Sequence record: LC819005.1
Length of the DNA stretch: 64,000 nt
Reading direction: 5' to 3' (one strand)
Both the position numbers and the translations under genes were made by a program. Shown here one piece after another: positions 48,269-58,244 of the stretch (the first letter of the stretch is position 1; each line of letters begins with the position of its first letter). Below the pieces are notes generated by a model that was given only the letters and a program-made list of their open reading frames with translations, was not told the DNA's origin and ran no database searches.

Positions 48269-48383
48269 CTTGAACTCGTTTGAATGTTATGCAGTGCGGT
48301 ATGGACTGCTGCATAAATCACGCAGTCGCTGCATCACCAGTGAGGTGGTGCCGGCGGCTGCATGGATTATTAGGAGCTTGTAA

Positions 48384-51300
48384 ATGGCCAGTCTGTTTAA
48401 GGCCAGTGACGTCAACATGAACGACGATCTTGATTTCAATTTCGACGACTTCAATTTTGACGTTCCTGAGCCCAAAGATAATCGCCATCCGATTGTCAAG
48501 GCCTTGGCCCCGATTGGCCGGGGCACCAAGGATTACATTACCAACAGTAGCAACATCGAGAAGTTCCTGAAGGCCGCAATGCCGAAGGGATATGGCCAGG
48601 CTTATGACCTCTTCCAAGAGGGTAAGTCGGAGATGAAGCAGCTATATCATAGCGTTGGGGAGGAGATCAAGCCGGCCAAGGATTCGGCAAAGTCGCTGTT
48701 CCGTAAAACGCTGCCTTCGCTCGATGGCAAGATCCCCAAGGGTCTGCAAAAGAAGCTGGAGGAGATGGTCAAGGAAGAACAGCAATGGCAATCCAGCCAG
48801 GGCGACCATCGCGAAGCACAACTCGGCTCGTTGCTGGAGAGCATCTTCCAGCAGAAAGCCACCGACGAAGTCAAGGCACGCGAAGAGACCAATACGCGTG
48901 AGAAGATCCGGGAAGGCTTTGAGCAGATCCGTCACAAGGACTCGATGAGCCAGCTCGACGCAATTCGCGTCGCAGTGCAGCAGCAGGCGGCTTACCAGAA
49001 CAAGATCGAGTACGCGGTCCAGAAGAAGCAGCTGGAGTTGCAGTACCGGATGTTCTGGGCACTGGCGGATCTGAACAAGGAGCAGAAGAAGAGCAATGCT
49101 TACATTCTCTCCAACCTGAAGGCCATCACGATCAACACCGGGATTCCGGACTTCTCCAAGATCAGCACGCATGAGAGCTTCAAGCAGATCATGCGCAACA
49201 AGTTCCTGGAAAATGCCCGAGAGGGGATGTTCGGTGGGGCGCAGGACTACTTCCGCAAGTTCGCACGCAACATCAAAGACCAGGTTACCAACCGGGTTCG
49301 CGATTATGTCTCGCCACTGGAGACGTTGACGTCGACTGCGGATGGCATGGCAGACACCATGTCGGGCATGGAAGGTGTACCGGGCTTCAGCGCGCGGGAC
49401 GAGATGATCTCGCAAGGGATGTCGCTTCCGCTTGACTGGGTCTCGAACCGTGCCAGCCAGATGCTTGCCAAGCGACTGGCCAAGAACCGCAAGCTGCGTC
49501 GCGGTGGGGTGAAGGCGGAACACTTCGTCAACACCTTTGGCGATCGCGTGCACGAGCAGCTTACCCGTAGCGACAAGAGCTGGGGTAGCCTCGAAGGCAT
49601 TCGTGAATTCCTGGCAAGCGCCGCTCCCTCGAAGCTGCCGGACTCGAAGATGGAAGTCGACCGGCTGGATCGCATGCACGAGCCGAAGCCGTTCTCGCGC
49701 TCGAACAGCAAGAGCCTGGATGAAATCATTCCGGGTTTGCTGGCACGCATCCATCGTGAAATCAAGATCCTGCGCACGGGTGACGAAAGCACCCCGCTCA
49801 CGGTCTATGATTACACGAAGAACAAGTTCTCGACCGAGAAGCAGATGGGCTCGGACCTGCGTAAAGCCATCGCAGGGAACTCCACCAAGCACGCCAACAA
49901 CCAAGCGAACAAGATCATCAACAAGATCGATCGCGGTGGCAAGCTGACCCCGGAGCAACGTGAGAAGCTGCGTCAACAACTGATCAAGCGTGCCGTCAAT
50001 GGCGAGAACGTGGACATCAGCACGGCGCACATGGCTCACCAGTGGGGCGGTGGGGACGACGGTATGGCTATCGCGGGTGCTTTCAGTAAGTACCTGCGGG
50101 CAGACGGTGACGGCAAGCTCGGTAACAACGAGCAAGCCTACAAGCGCCAGATCGAATTGCTGCAGGATCATCGCGGTATCGTGGGTGGGATTGGCGACCC
50201 GCGGGTGCTCTTGCAGATGATGACTAACCAAGGCCAGCTTCAGCAGTTGAAGGAGCTGGGGATTCTGGACGAACGCAACACGGTCAACCGGGATCTCTAC
50301 GCCAAGTGGTTGATGGACCCTGAGTCGGTCGCAGCGCCTGCGGGTGCACCGAGCACGACGGGTGCGACACCACGTGGTCTGCGGGCGAACCAACCGGGCA
50401 AGTTCCGGAAGCGTTCAACAGGCAGCGGTCTTTCCAGTCTTGCTGTGCCGGGTGGTGCAACCGCTTCGTCGGATGTCTCGGCGGAACTGAAAGCCCTCAC
50501 CGATTCGCTCAACAGTCGCCAGTCTTCGGGCAGCACCGTTGAGAAGAACGTACAACACATCGCCGATCTGCTCGAAGGGCTGGATGCGAAGTACATGCAC
50601 GCGACGGACTCCAACCACGCGGTACTGGGTGCGATGCTGCAGCAGTTGCAGGTCATTGCCATGGGCGGTGTGGGTGCGGTGGGCAGCACGTCCCTGGGTG
50701 GTGGCGCACCGGGTGCTTTTGTGGGTCCGATGCCGCAAGGTACGAAGTCCTACACTTCGCTCTGGGAACACGTCAAGGGTGTGGGTGGTGAGCAAGCCTC
50801 GCGGGCTAAGGATGCGGCCAAAGCTGCAGCGTCCAAAGCTCATGGCATCTGGTCGAAGTATGCGCCCAAGGCACGTAACGTGCTGGGTTCGGGTTGGAAC
50901 AAGACCAAGACAGCGACGCTGAACACCGCTGGCAAGCTGAAGGACTACTACGGCGACGTGGTGGTCTCGGGTGAAGTCTTCCCGCGTCTGCGTGCCCAGC
51001 TGTTGAAGGCGGGCGAGTATCGTGACAAGGCCACCGGTCGGGTCATTACCTCGCTGGATGAAATCACGGGTGATGTGGTGGACTCCGCCGGTAACCTGGT
51101 GATTACGCTCGATGAGTTCTACGACTCGTATATCACCGGCAGCATCAACAAGAAGGTCAAGGACCTGTTCGGTGGTCTGGCCGATAAGGTCAAGAACGGG
51201 TATCATCGCTTGGCGAACTGGATGCCGGGGAAGATCTCGGCGCTGAAGAACCTGGTGATGGGCGGGATTGAAAAAGCTCGCAATATGCTGCCGCCCTACG

Positions 51301-54300
51301 ACGTGTATGTCAAGAACGACATGCAGCGTCCGCTGCTCTACGCGAACCTGATGAAGTTCAACGAATACTACTCGGTGAAAACGGACAAGGTGTTGACTCA
51401 CCCCCGCTTTATCGATGGTCCGGTGCGTGACTCCAAGGGTAATATCGTGGTCAGCGAGGATCACCTGAAGATCGGTCTGTGTGACGTTCAGGGTGACCCG
51501 GTGGGTGGGGTGCGTTGGCCGATCAAGACGATCCGCAAGGCGCAAGCCGTGTGGGAGCAGTTGCGTAATGCCACCGCTGGGATCTTTGCTGCAGTAGGCA
51601 AGGGACTGGGTAACGCCAGCGAGTATTTCAAGAACTTCTTCACCCCGTTCGCGGACATGATCACCAACTCCAAAAAGACGGTGAACTTGCTCGAAGAGAT
51701 CCGGGACATTCTTGACGCGCGCATGCCGGGCAAGAAGGTTCGAGGGGATTCCGACGGTGATGGTATCCGTGACGGTTCGCTGGAAGATCAGCATCGTCAC
51801 AAGGCCAAAGACAAGGAAGAGAAGGAACACGAAGAGGAACGCGAAGGTGGCGGTGGTGGCGGTAGGATGAAGTCGCTCCTGGCTGCAATCGGGGGTCTCT
51901 TCGGTGGCAAGAAAAAGAAGGGTGAAGACGACGAGCATGAAGAGCATGAGGATCACGAATCCCTGCTCGACGAAGTCCATGACGCAGCCGACATCTACGA
52001 TGACGTGCGTGGGGGCGGTAGCGACAAGAGCGCCCGTCGTAAGGCCGCTAAGGCGCGTCTGAAGCGTATGAAGGCAGCCAAGGCTAAGCCTGGGTTCCTG
52101 AAGCGCTTGTTCAGCCGTGGTGGTAAAGCAGGCAAGGCCGGTAAGCTCGGTCGTCTGGGTCGCTTTGCACGGGCTGGGATGTTTAACACCAGCGGTGTGC
52201 GTGCAGCAGGTAGTGCAGCCGGTGGGATTGGCTCAGCTGCGCTGCGCGGCGGTCTGTGGGGCGCAGGTAAGGCGGGTAAGGGCGCGTTGGGTCTGGGTCG
52301 CTGGGCAACCGGTGGCTCGAAGCTTGCCAAGCTTGCTCGCTGGGGGATGTTCAATACGGACCTGGTGGGTGGAGCTGCGAAGGGTATCGGCTTCCTCGGT
52401 CGCAATGCTGGTTTGCTGGGTCGCGGTCTGGGCTTGGCAGGCACAGCGATGTCGGCGTACAGCATGGCCAACAACCTGAGTCAAGGTAACTACGGCGCAG
52501 CTGCGGGTGACGCAGCAATGGGTGTGGGTGGCTTGGCCATTTCAGGTCTCGGTGTGGGCGGTACGTTGGGTGCAATTGGTACGGGCTTGGGTGCGGTACT
52601 GGCCTCGCCGTTCCTGTTGCCCGCCCTGGGTGCTGCGGCAGTCGTGGGTGGTCTCGGCATGATGGGCTACGCGGCCTATAAGTACATGAGGAAGACCAAG
52701 CTCACGAACCTCTCGAAACTGCGTCTGGCACAGTACGGTTTCTCGTCGGATGACGAGGATTCGATGGCGAAGATCTTCCAGCTCGAACAGACGCTGGAGC
52801 CGCTTGTGACAATCAAGGAAGATGGCAACATGTACCTTGATGAGAAGAAGCTGGATCTGAAGGGTATCGCTGAGTCGTTCGATATCCACGCCCAGAAGGA
52901 CATGGAACTTTTCAACATGTGGTACAAGCGGCGCTTCGTGCCGGTGTATCGCACCTGGATGCAGGAGATGCGCAAGCGTGCTCCGGACGGCAAGATCGCC
53001 AAGATCGAAGACGTCATCCCGGGTAAGGAGAAGCTGCAGGTAGCGACTTCGGCGGTTGAGAAGAACGTGGACTCGTACTCGCATATGGTCGGCTGGAACA
53101 TGAACCAGCTGCATCTGGCCTACGACTACGACGGCGTGAAGGGCGTGCTGGATTCGATCCGTATGGATCTGGAGAAGGAACGCGAAACCGACGGCGGTGC
53201 CAAGGCCGAAGCCGTGCAACAAGACGGCACGTCGAGCACCCGGAGTGCGGCAGGGCTGGCGGCATTGGCGCTGAAAGACTCGGGTCGTTACGAAGCCAAG
53301 GACAAAGACGGTAACTCAGTCGATGTCACTGGTATGGACGTGGGCGATCTGACCGAGAAGATCAAGAAGGGCGAGATCACGGTAAGCGTAGCAGTGGCGC
53401 TGCCCGCGAGTCTGGTACACACAGACAAGAACCGTGTCGATGCACTGGCCAGTATCCGTTACAAGGCCTACGGTCTGAAGTACATGACCGCCGACAAGGT
53501 GCGCATGCTGGGGTCGCTGGAATTGTACATGGGGGATCACCTCACGGACGATCCGGATAATCCCAAGCTGACCACTACGACGGACCAGGTGATGAAGGCG
53601 GCAGCAGATGTCTTCGGTGTTCCGAACATGACGGGTGAACACGCGCAACGCTGGAAGGTGTGGTTCAACGGTCGTTTCCTGCCAGTGTTCCTGCTTTGGG
53701 CAGGGGCGATGCGCAAGAAGACCGGGAAGACCAAACTCCAGGAAGCGAGTGACGCCTTCAAGATTCAGGACCAGTTGACGACGGCGCGTGCGATTATTGG
53801 CGCGCAAGGGATGGACACGAGCGGCGCGAGAACGTCGATCTGGAACATCACCGCCAATCCGTTCTCGGATACCAGTTTTGAGATGAACACGGACTCGGAC
53901 TCGACAGCAAGCAACCTTGAAGCAATCCGGTTGCTGGCAGATAAGGTCCGGCTGGGTGAAGTCTCGGCCACCACCAAGACCGATTCGAATGGTGCCGCAA
54001 GTAAAGGGTTCTTCAATTCGCTCAAGGACGGCTACAAAGAGGGCGGCTTGATCAGCGCACTCAAGGCTGGTAAAGACTCCATCATGGGTGGTCACACCTC
54101 CGCTACGCAGGCTAATGGCGAGACGGTGCTGAACAAGGATGCCAAGCCGATGACCGGGATGGGTGACCCGGTGAAGATGACGGGAGAGGGCGGCGGTAAC
54201 TACGCTCAGCTTCCGAAGTCTAACGGTAAGGGTTGGGCGGCGAACAAAGATCTTATCCTGGCCGCTGCAAAGATGGCAGGTGTTGATCCGAAGGCGCTGA

Positions 54301-55952
54301 TCACGACCATTGCGATCGAGTCGGGTTTTGATCCGGACGCAGGCGCTGGGACTTCTTCGGCTAAGGGGTTTGGTCAGTTCATCGACTCCACCTGGCTGAG
54401 TACGCTGCAAAGCTACGGGAAGAAGTTCGGCATCCCTAACGGTACGAGCCAAGGTGATCCGCGTGCAAATGCGCTGATGACGGCGATGTACCTGAAGTCC
54501 AACGCGACGGAGCTGCAAAAGAGCATTGGTCGCGCACCCACGATGACCGACCTGTATCTGGCTCACTTCCTGGGTCCGCAAGGTGCGAAGGATTTCTTGA
54601 AGGCTCCTGATTCGGCTGTTGCTGCTGAGCTGTTCCCGAAGGCAGCAAGAGCGAACAAGAACATCTTCTACGACGGCGCTCGCGCACTGACGGTTAAAGA
54701 AATCTACAACAAACTGGCGGGCATGGTTGCCAAGAAGCCGGCTCAGTTTAACATCACTGAGTCGGACATGAAGGGCAGTGACTCAGGTCCGACGCCGGGT
54801 GCGCCCAGCACCGGTGGCGCTAGCAGCGATAGTACGGCGGCTTCTCCGTCGACAGCAGGTGGTGGCGCTGGACAAGCTGCACAGTCCGGCCCGGCTCCGC
54901 GTGGTAGTGGCGGCTTTCCGTCCACGACCTCTGCGAACGGTACACCCACTGCAGGCTCGGCACGGCTGAGCAATCCGGTGGTGATGGAAGACGGCAAGTC
55001 CGCTACGATGGGGACGGGTCCGGCTATCGTCAAGAACCCCAACGCCAAGTACGAACTGATCCTTCAACGGGAAGAATCCGAAGATGACGGTACGTACGGC
55101 ACGTTGAAGCTGCCGGATGGCACGACGTTGAATACGCTGGAGTTGCCGTGGCGTAACAACGACCCGCAGACTTCCTGTATCCCGCCGGGTAGTTACAAGT
55201 GTAAGAAGCGTCCTTCTGAACACTTTGGCGCGGCGTACGAAGTCGGTGGGGTGCAGGGTCGCTCGGCTATCCTGATCCATGCCGGTAACACGGCTGGGTC
55301 GGTGGACAAGGGCATGAAGGCTGACAGCAAGGGTTGTATCTTGCTGGGTATGGATCGAGGTCGTCAGGGTAACCAGAAGGTGATCACCGCATCGAAAGCT
55401 GCGATGAAACTCTTCTACGACAAGATGCAAGACCAAGACTTCACGCTCACGATCCGTCCGGGTAAGGGTGGCTTGGGCACGGATGACAGCAAGTCGGGGG
55501 TGAGTTTCGACCCGGTGCGCGGTCCGAGTGCTGCAGCAACAGCAGCTACCCCTGTCGCGCCTCAGGCAGGTACGGGTTCGTTCACGCCGAGTGGTCTTCG
55601 CGGTAGTGGCGGTGCAGCTCCGGTGGCGTCTTCGTCGGATCTGCCGCGCTACAACACGACGGTCACGGGGATTAACCCGGGTGCTCCGACCAAGGCAGAC
55701 ATGCAAGGTCGGGACGCAGCCATGTCGGACTCGGTAGCGCCGAAGCTGGACAACATCGCTAACACGCTGTTGAAGAGCTTGGATGCACAATCGGGTATGG
55801 CTAACACGCTGACACAGATGTTGAAACTCATGCAGGCCAATGGCGGAAACGTCGCTGCTGCGAGTGACGACAAAGTGAAGCTGGGTAACGCCAAAGTGAA
55901 GCCGGTCTCGGATGTTTCGGTGCCGGTGCCGCAACGTCGCACCACGATGTAA
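48384..55952 (+). CDS. Giant tail-associated lytic transglycosylase / tape-measure-like protein (phiKZ gp181-like)
   Basis: 2522 aa; Gly-rich hydrophobic segment; SLT motif AIESGF...AKGFGQFIDSTW (~54250-54740); additional DUF5675-like domain (~55050-55460). Confidence 0.9.
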   Translation: MASLFKASDVNMNDDLDFNFDDFNFDVPEPKDNRHPIVKALAPIGRGTKDYITNSSNIEKFLKAAMPKGYGQAYDLFQEGKSEMKQLYHSVGEEIKPAKDSAKSLFRKTLPSLDGKIPKGLQKKLEEMVKEEQQWQSSQGDHREAQLGSLLESIFQQKATDEVKAREETNTREKIREGFEQIRHKDSMSQLDAIRVAVQQQAAYQNKIEYAVQKKQLELQYRMFWALADLNKEQKKSNAYILSNLKAITINTGIPDFSKISTHESFKQIMRNKFLENAREGMFGGAQDYFRKFARNIKDQVTNRVRDYVSPLETLTSTADGMADTMSGMEGVPGFSARDEMISQGMSLPLDWVSNRASQMLAKRLAKNRKLRRGGVKAEHFVNTFGDRVHEQLTRSDKSWGSLEGIREFLASAAPSKLPDSKMEVDRLDRMHEPKPFSRSNSKSLDEIIPGLLARIHREIKILRTGDESTPLTVYDYTKNKFSTEKQMGSDLRKAIAGNSTKHANNQANKIINKIDRGGKLTPEQREKLRQQLIKRAVNGENVDISTAHMAHQWGGGDDGMAIAGAFSKYLRADGDGKLGNNEQAYKRQIELLQDHRGIVGGIGDPRVLLQMMTNQGQLQQLKELGILDERNTVNRDLYAKWLMDPESVAAPAGAPSTTGATPRGLRANQPGKFRKRSTGSGLSSLAVPGGATASSDVSAELKALTDSLNSRQSSGSTVEKNVQHIADLLEGLDAKYMHATDSNHAVLGAMLQQLQVIAMGGVGAVGSTSLGGGAPGAFVGPMPQGTKSYTSLWEHVKGVGGEQASRAKDAAKAAASKAHGIWSKYAPKARNVLGSGWNKTKTATLNTAGKLKDYYGDVVVSGEVFPRLRAQLLKAGEYRDKATGRVITSLDEITGDVVDSAGNLVITLDEFYDSYITGSINKKVKDLFGGLADKVKNGYHRLANWMPGKISALKNLVMGGIEKARNMLPPYDVYVKNDMQRPLLYANLMKFNEYYSVKTDKVLTHPRFIDGPVRDSKGNIVVSEDHLKIGLCDVQGDPVGGVRWPIKTIRKAQAVWEQLRNATAGIFAAVGKGLGNASEYFKNFFTPFADMITNSKKTVNLLEEIRDILDARMPGKKVRGDSDGDGIRDGSLEDQHRHKAKDKEEKEHEEEREGGGGGGRMKSLLAAIGGLFGGKKKKGEDDEHEEHEDHESLLDEVHDAADIYDDVRGGGSDKSARRKAAKARLKRMKAAKAKPGFLKRLFSRGGKAGKAGKLGRLGRFARAGMFNTSGVRAAGSAAGGIGSAALRGGLWGAGKAGKGALGLGRWATGGSKLAKLARWGMFNTDLVGGAAKGIGFLGRNAGLLGRGLGLAGTAMSAYSMANNLSQGNYGAAAGDAAMGVGGLAISGLGVGGTLGAIGTGLGAVLASPFLLPALGAAAVVGGLGMMGYAAYKYMRKTKLTNLSKLRLAQYGFSSDDEDSMAKIFQLEQTLEPLVTIKEDGNMYLDEKKLDLKGIAESFDIHAQKDMELFNMWYKRRFVPVYRTWMQEMRKRAPDGKIAKIEDVIPGKEKLQVATSAVEKNVDSYSHMVGWNMNQLHLAYDYDGVKGVLDSIRMDLEKERETDGGAKAEAVQQDGTSSTRSAAGLAALALKDSGRYEAKDKDGNSVDVTGMDVGDLTEKIKKGEITVSVAVALPASLVHTDKNRVDALASIRYKAYGLKYMTADKVRMLGSLELYMGDHLTDDPDNPKLTTTTDQVMKAAADVFGVPNMTGEHAQRWKVWFNGRFLPVFLLWAGAMRKKTGKTKLQEASDAFKIQDQLTTARAIIGAQGMDTSGARTSIWNITANPFSDTSFEMNTDSDSTASNLEAIRLLADKVRLGEVSATTKTDSNGAASKGFFNSLKDGYKEGGLISALKAGKDSIMGGHTSATQANGETVLNKDAKPMTGMGDPVKMTGEGGGNYAQLPKSNGKGWAANKDLILAAAKMAGVDPKALITTIAIESGFDPDAGAGTSSAKGFGQFIDSTWLSTLQSYGKKFGIPNGTSQGDPRANALMTAMYLKSNATELQKSIGRAPTMTDLYLAHFLGPQGAKDFLKAPDSAVAAELFPKAARANKNIFYDGARALTVKEIYNKLAGMVAKKPAQFNITESDMKGSDSGPTPGAPSTGGASSDSTAASPSTAGGGAGQAAQSGPAPRGSGGFPSTTSANGTPTAGSARLSNPVVMEDGKSATMGTGPAIVKNPNAKYELILQREESEDDGTYGTLKLPDGTTLNTLELPWRNNDPQTSCIPPGSYKCKKRPSEHFGAAYEVGGVQGRSAILIHAGNTAGSVDKGMKADSKGCILLGMDRGRQGNQKVITASKAAMKLFYDKMQDQDFTLTIRPGKGGLGTDDSKSGVSFDPVRGPSAAATAATPVAPQAGTGSFTPSGLRGSGGAAPVASSSDLPRYNTTVTGINPGAPTKADMQGRDAAMSDSVAPKLDNIANTLLKSLDAQSGMANTLTQMLKLMQANGGNVAAASDDKVKLGNAKVKPVSDVSVPVPQRRTTM

Positions 55953-55965
55953 AGACTCGTTGCAT

Positions 55966-56008
55966 AGGAGACGGTGGGGGTTGCCCTGCCGTCTCCTTTA
56001 TTTTTTGA
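55966..56008 (+). terminator. Intrinsic terminator
   Basis: AGGAGACGG...CCGTCTCCT followed by TTATTTTTT. Confidence 0.8.
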
Positions 56009-56041
56009 GTCTTTATCCTTTCCTTTCTTTCATCTACGACT

Positions 56042-58177
56042 ATGAGCGATTTGAATCTTAAGCGGCTGACGGATCATGATTGGCTGCGCCAGTCGTTTAT
56101 GATCATGCACGGCACGCAAGCTACAAGCAGCGGCGACCCCTCCGCTGACGACATGAAAGTTCGCGCTCGGTTCTTTACGACCGCTGACTTCAAGTTTGCC
56201 GATACCCGCCTGGGTGGCAACCTCGTGATCAATCCTGCGCCGCAGTTCACCCGCTACGCCGATCCGCGCGTTCGGGGCCTGTATCGCAACAGTAACGGCA
56301 TGGGTCGTTACTACTCGGAAGCCATCGACGACAACAAGCGCGTCATCACGATGACTTTCGGAGTGCCGCAGTTTAACTCTCTAACCACTTTCTATCGGGG
56401 CTTCTACGATCACAACGCAGCGACTGTCGCGCGTACCGGTCGGGCTCCGTCCATCTTCTACACCGCAGGCCAGGTGATTGGCTTTGTGGCTGGTTTCCTC
56501 TCGCCCTGGCTGGTGCTGTATTCGCTGGGTTCCGCGTTTATCAAGAGCGCAATGAACCAGCCGTCGTCCAAGTATTACTTCTTCAAGCCCTCGATGGCAA
56601 CCTACTGGAACGTGACGTCTGGTGTGGCCAACGATCTGGCGGTGAAGACGCAGCTGATCTCACGCTCGTTCGGTGACCCGCAACGTACGCCGGGCGACAC
56701 GCGTGGCTCGCAATTGACGGCTGATGACACGGCGGAGATCAACTCGTATCTGTACGACGTGATCGACAGCTACGACGAAAACACCGGACAAGGTAACGGC
56801 ATCAACGTGTATGCCGTGGCAACGCGTTACACCCGGATTCAGCGAGCGGCTTTCAAGACGCTCGAAGCCTACTACAAGGCGCGCAGCGTGCCGGATGACT
56901 TCTCAGCGACGGTCGACTCGGAAGGCAATGCCCTGATCCAGCAGGTGACGGACGCCATCAACCGACAAGAGTTGCGTCGCCCCAAAACTTCGTTTGCGGA
57001 TTACATGCAGCGTTGGACGGACGGCGGCTCCCCAGGTGCGTTTGCTGGCACAGGCGATAACAAGCTCTCTGACACGCTCACGCTGAGCCCGGATAGCTCA
57101 GGAGTCAATGGCGCTAACACAGGCTCAGCGACCCCTGCAGCGGGCTCTACGACGACGCCTGCGGCTGGTGATGCAGCGGCACCGCAAGGTACAACCGATC
57201 TGTTGACAGAAAAGTCGATTACTGAAGCCAGTTCGTCGGATCAAGACGCCTGGTACAAGTTCCTCGTGGCTGAACTCGATGACGGTGCGCAGTACGTATC
57301 GTTCCGGGTGGAGAACACAGGTACGGCCGATGAATCTTTCAGCAGCACGGTGGGTGAGTCGGAAATCTCCTCGAAGATCAACTCGATCTCGGGCTCGGCT
57401 CGACAGACACGCTTCTCGGCCGCTGACGGTAACATCGGCGGTGGGCTGGCTGGTTCGTTTGTGCAGGGCGTGTTGGGCAGTGTGAAAGACGTGGCGATGG
57501 GCGCGGCAAACTCACTCGGTATCGACGGGATTGCTGCGCTGGGCGGGAATGCGTTTGCCGACATTCCGAAGTTCTGGAACAACTCCAGCGCTTCTGTGCC
57601 GCGGATGAATTACCGGGTCAAGCTGATCTCGCCGTATGGTAACCGCTACTCGCGCTTTATCAACATCTGGTTGCCGTTCTCGATGTTGCTGGCCGGCGCA
57701 CTCCCGCTCTCTGCAGGTCCGCACTCGTACACGTCGCCCTTCCTCTGTCAGCTGTATGACCGGGGTCGTGCACAGACGCGTCTGGGGATGATCACCTCGT
57801 TGTCGGTCACGCGTGGCGGTGGCAACCTGGCGTTCAACAAGATCGGTGAGCCGATGGCGGTGGAAGTCTCGTTCACAGTGGAGGAACTCTCCAACATCGT
57901 GCACATGCCGATCATGAAGTCGTTCAATCCGATTACGTCTTTGTCGGTGTCGTCGATCTTCGATAACGAGTCGCTGTACCACGACTACATGGCTACCCTT
58001 TCGTCGCTCTCGCTGGCTGAGCAGATCTATGTGGGTGAGCGTCTGAAGCTGGGCGTGACCAAGTACCTGAAGAACCTCGATTCGTGGTTCAGTGTCCCGC
58101 ACGCGATGAATGCGCTGGGTGACATGGCGCCGGTGCGTCTGTTCTCGGTATTCTTCGCTGGTGTGGCCAACCGGTAA
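56042..58177 (+). CDS. Baseplate/tail structural protein (phiKZ gp182-like)
   Basis: 711 aa after gp181; GGNLVINPAPQFTRYAD and YTSPFLCQLYDRGRAQ motifs. Confidence 0.8.
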   Translation: MSDLNLKRLTDHDWLRQSFMIMHGTQATSSGDPSADDMKVRARFFTTADFKFADTRLGGNLVINPAPQFTRYADPRVRGLYRNSNGMGRYYSEAIDDNKRVITMTFGVPQFNSLTTFYRGFYDHNAATVARTGRAPSIFYTAGQVIGFVAGFLSPWLVLYSLGSAFIKSAMNQPSSKYYFFKPSMATYWNVTSGVANDLAVKTQLISRSFGDPQRTPGDTRGSQLTADDTAEINSYLYDVIDSYDENTGQGNGINVYAVATRYTRIQRAAFKTLEAYYKARSVPDDFSATVDSEGNALIQQVTDAINRQELRRPKTSFADYMQRWTDGGSPGAFAGTGDNKLSDTLTLSPDSSGVNGANTGSATPAAGSTTTPAAGDAAAPQGTTDLLTEKSITEASSSDQDAWYKFLVAELDDGAQYVSFRVENTGTADESFSSTVGESEISSKINSISGSARQTRFSAADGNIGGGLAGSFVQGVLGSVKDVAMGAANSLGIDGIAALGGNAFADIPKFWNNSSASVPRMNYRVKLISPYGNRYSRFINIWLPFSMLLAGALPLSAGPHSYTSPFLCQLYDRGRAQTRLGMITSLSVTRGGGNLAFNKIGEPMAVEVSFTVEELSNIVHMPIMKSFNPITSLSVSSIFDNESLYHDYMATLSSLSLAEQIYVGERLKLGVTKYLKNLDSWFSVPHAMNALGDMAPVRLFSVFFAGVANR

Positions 58178-58180
58178 AAC

Positions 58181-58235
58181 GACGGCAAAAAAAAAAGAAG
58201 AGAGGGGCCTTGCGGCTCCTCTCCCTTTTATGCCG
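58181..58235. terminator. Bidirectional terminator with TATG motif
   Basis: A-tract, AGAGGGGCC-TTGC-GGCTCCTCT, then TTTTATGCCG; lies between convergent genes. Confidence 0.8.
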
Positions 58236-58244
58236 CTAAGAAAC

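Noticed and set aside
51744-51780. EF-hand-like DSDGDGIRDG in gp181
   Set aside because: From recollection this motif is common in gp181 homologs, so it is not novel.
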